64,000 nt of DNA from NCBI GenBank assembly GCA_963784445.1, contig CAWARO010000004.1, positions 597,523 to 661,522 on the forward strand, in the 5' to 3' direction. Made by a program: the position numbers and the translations under genes. The DNA is from an uncultured Acidimicrobiia bacterium. GTDB lineage: Bacteria > Acidobacteriota > Vicinamibacteria > Vicinamibacterales > UBA2999. The notes beneath the pieces are model-generated. The model saw nothing but the letters and a program-made list of their open reading frames with translations. It was not told the DNA's origin and ran no database searches. This document shows, piece by piece, positions 62,460 through 64,000 of this stretch (position 1 is its first letter; each line of letters begins with the position of its first letter).

Positions 62460-63917
62460 TTAGAAGAAACTGCGTACTATTCGTAAAAGTTTGTCGTCTT
62501 CACCGCGGCGAGCGATTAACTGAAGCCCGACCGGGAGGCCCGCCTTCGCGCCTCCGCCTTCGCCTTGGGGCTTCGGCGAGACAGGTTGCGCTACGGCGGA
62601 TCGCACGGGAATCGAGATTGCGGGTGTTCCGGCGGCGTTGAATGGCCAGGTATTCCGCAGGATCTTCATGCCGTCGATGCGATCGGCAATAAGCGGCGCG
62701 GTGACCGGGACGGTTGGCGTCACGATCACATCGACCGAATCGAAGAGCTTGTCGACGGACGCCTGGTACTCCTTCAGCGCTGCGAGACCAGACTCGTATT
62801 CGATCACGCTGGGACGTTCGATCGAGAAGACATCGGAAAACTGTTTCGAAAACGAGCCCGGATTCGTACGCCAGTCGGCGCCGAAACGGCCCCACAGCTC
62901 GAATAGAAAGACGGGGTCGAAAACCTGCGCCATGGTTTTCGAGGTGACGGGGAGGCTGACGTCCGAGATCGTGGCGCCGCGCTTTTTCATTCCTTCGATC
63001 GCGAAATTAACCGCATCAGCCACAGCAGGCTCGAGGTCCTCGAAGAAATACCCGCGCGCTACTCCGACACGCACGCTTGACGGGAAGGCACTGCTTGACG
63101 GGGCGGCACTACTTGACGCTGAAAAAATGATCCGGGCGTCCTCGACTGTTCTTGTCAAGAAACCCACGTGATCAAATGACGGCGAAGCGGCGATCAACCC
63201 CTGCGTCGAGATGCGGCCGAAGGTCGGCTTGAAACCGACGCAGCCGCAGAACGCAGCCGGGATGCGGACGCTGCCGCCGGTATCGCTACCGGTGGCGGCC
63301 AGACACATGCGCGCGGCTACCGCCGCAGCGGAGCCGCCGCTCGATCCTCCGGGAACGCGCGTGCGGTCGACGGGATTGCGCGTGGTGCCGAAGAACGGAT
63401 TGATGGTCGTCACGCCGCCGCCGAGCTCGTGGGTGTTGGTCTTGCCGAGCAGCACGGCGCCGGCGCTTTCGAGCTGCTGGACGATGGCGGCGTTGTTCTC
63501 CGGAACGTAGTCCTCGAACAGCAGCGAGCCGGCCGTGGTCCGGACGCCAAGGGTTTCAAACAGATCCTTGTGCGCGATGGGAATGCCGTACATCGCCAAA
63601 GCGTCCGCCTTCGCGCTGCCCGCCTCCGGGAGCGTGCGCGCTTCGCGGAGCGCGAGATCGCGCGTCACCGTGACGAAGGCGTTGAGATCCTTGTTGAGTT
63701 TGGCGATGCGCGAAAGATACGCCTCGGCAAGCTGCACGGGCCGAATCTCGCGCGTCAGCAGCCGCGCGGACGCTTGCGCGATCGTGAGCGCCGTGAGATC
63801 TGCTGTCTGTGCTCCTTGGACTCGGCCAAGGCGTCGCGCCGCCTTGGTCTCGCTCAGGGCAGGCAGGGCAAACAGGGCCGCGATTGCTTCACGCCGATTC
63901 ATGCGCTCACGAATCAT
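62460..63917 (-). CDS. Amidase signature family protein with Tat-like signal; start uncertain
   Basis: AHKD, GKTNTHE, GGSSGGS, GSDTGGSVRIPA; NRREA near the N-terminus. Confidence 0.9.
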   Translation of the reverse strand: MIRERMNRREAIAALFALPALSETKAARRLGRVQGAQTADLTALTIAQASARLLTREIRPVQLAEAYLSRIAKLNKDLNAFVTVTRDLALREARTLPEAGSAKADALAMYGIPIAHKDLFETLGVRTTAGSLLFEDYVPENNAAIVQQLESAGAVLLGKTNTHELGGGVTTINPFFGTTRNPVDRTRVPGGSSGGSAAAVAARMCLAATGSDTGGSVRIPAAFCGCVGFKPTFGRISTQGLIAASPSFDHVGFLTRTVEDARIIFSASSSAAPSSSAFPSSVRVGVARGYFFEDLEPAVADAVNFAIEGMKKRGATISDVSLPVTSKTMAQVFDPVFLFELWGRFGADWRTNPGSFSKQFSDVFSIERPSVIEYESGLAALKEYQASVDKLFDSVDVIVTPTVPVTAPLIADRIDGMKILRNTWPFNAAGTPAISIPVRSAVAQPVSPKPQGEGGGAKAGLPVGLQLIARRGEDDKLLRIVRSFF

Positions 63918-64000
63918 AAAGGACAATAGGACCGGATGACACCCTACGGCTCCTGGCCTTCGCCCCTGACCGCCGCGCGCGTCACCGCCGGCGCGCTGCG

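Noticed and set aside
63075-63120. 18-bp tandem repeat in the amidase (SSSAAPSSSAFPSS)
   Set aside because: Low-complexity linker expansion with no further significance evident.
1-64000. tRNA, rRNA, transposase, integrase or prophage genes
   Set aside because: No recognisable cloverleaf or rRNA sequence, and no DDE, Y1 or tyrosine-recombinase motifs in the ORFs.

Overview
This is a GC-rich (~65%) bacterial window, most likely Acidobacteriota (Vicinamibacteria-like), judging from Oar-type TonB-dependent receptors, an ADOP-type duplicated permease, DUF1501/PSD1 cytochrome genes and many secreted beta-propeller/hydrolase genes. It holds about 45 mostly metabolic or envelope genes; I see no rRNA, tRNA, CRISPR array or transposase. 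About 14 otherwise intact genes carry single-base frameshifts, which I read as long-read assembly errors. Most interesting signals: (1) four diverged copies (27444-27720 +, 29997-30224 +, 30258-30482 -, 44797-45014 -) of a ~210-280 nt intergenic element with compensatory base changes, an invariant AACUCG/CUCAAACAG internal loop and a possible pseudoknot, suggesting a structured ncRNA or non-autonomous mobile RNA/DNA element; (2) palindromic REP-like repeats inserted in frame into several proteins; (3) two dispersed coiled-coil paralogues sharing a ~70 bp upstream block with a sigma54-like -24/-12 promoter; (4) an orphan cNMP-binding PilB/GspE ATPase next to a TPR Ser/Thr kinase and a small DP-EP/AidA-like protein; (5) a PTS-free TonB/deacetylase/APC/GH4/PfkB amino-sugar-like locus; (6) apparently widespread leaderless transcription. 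All family calls come from motif recognition by eye, not database searches.
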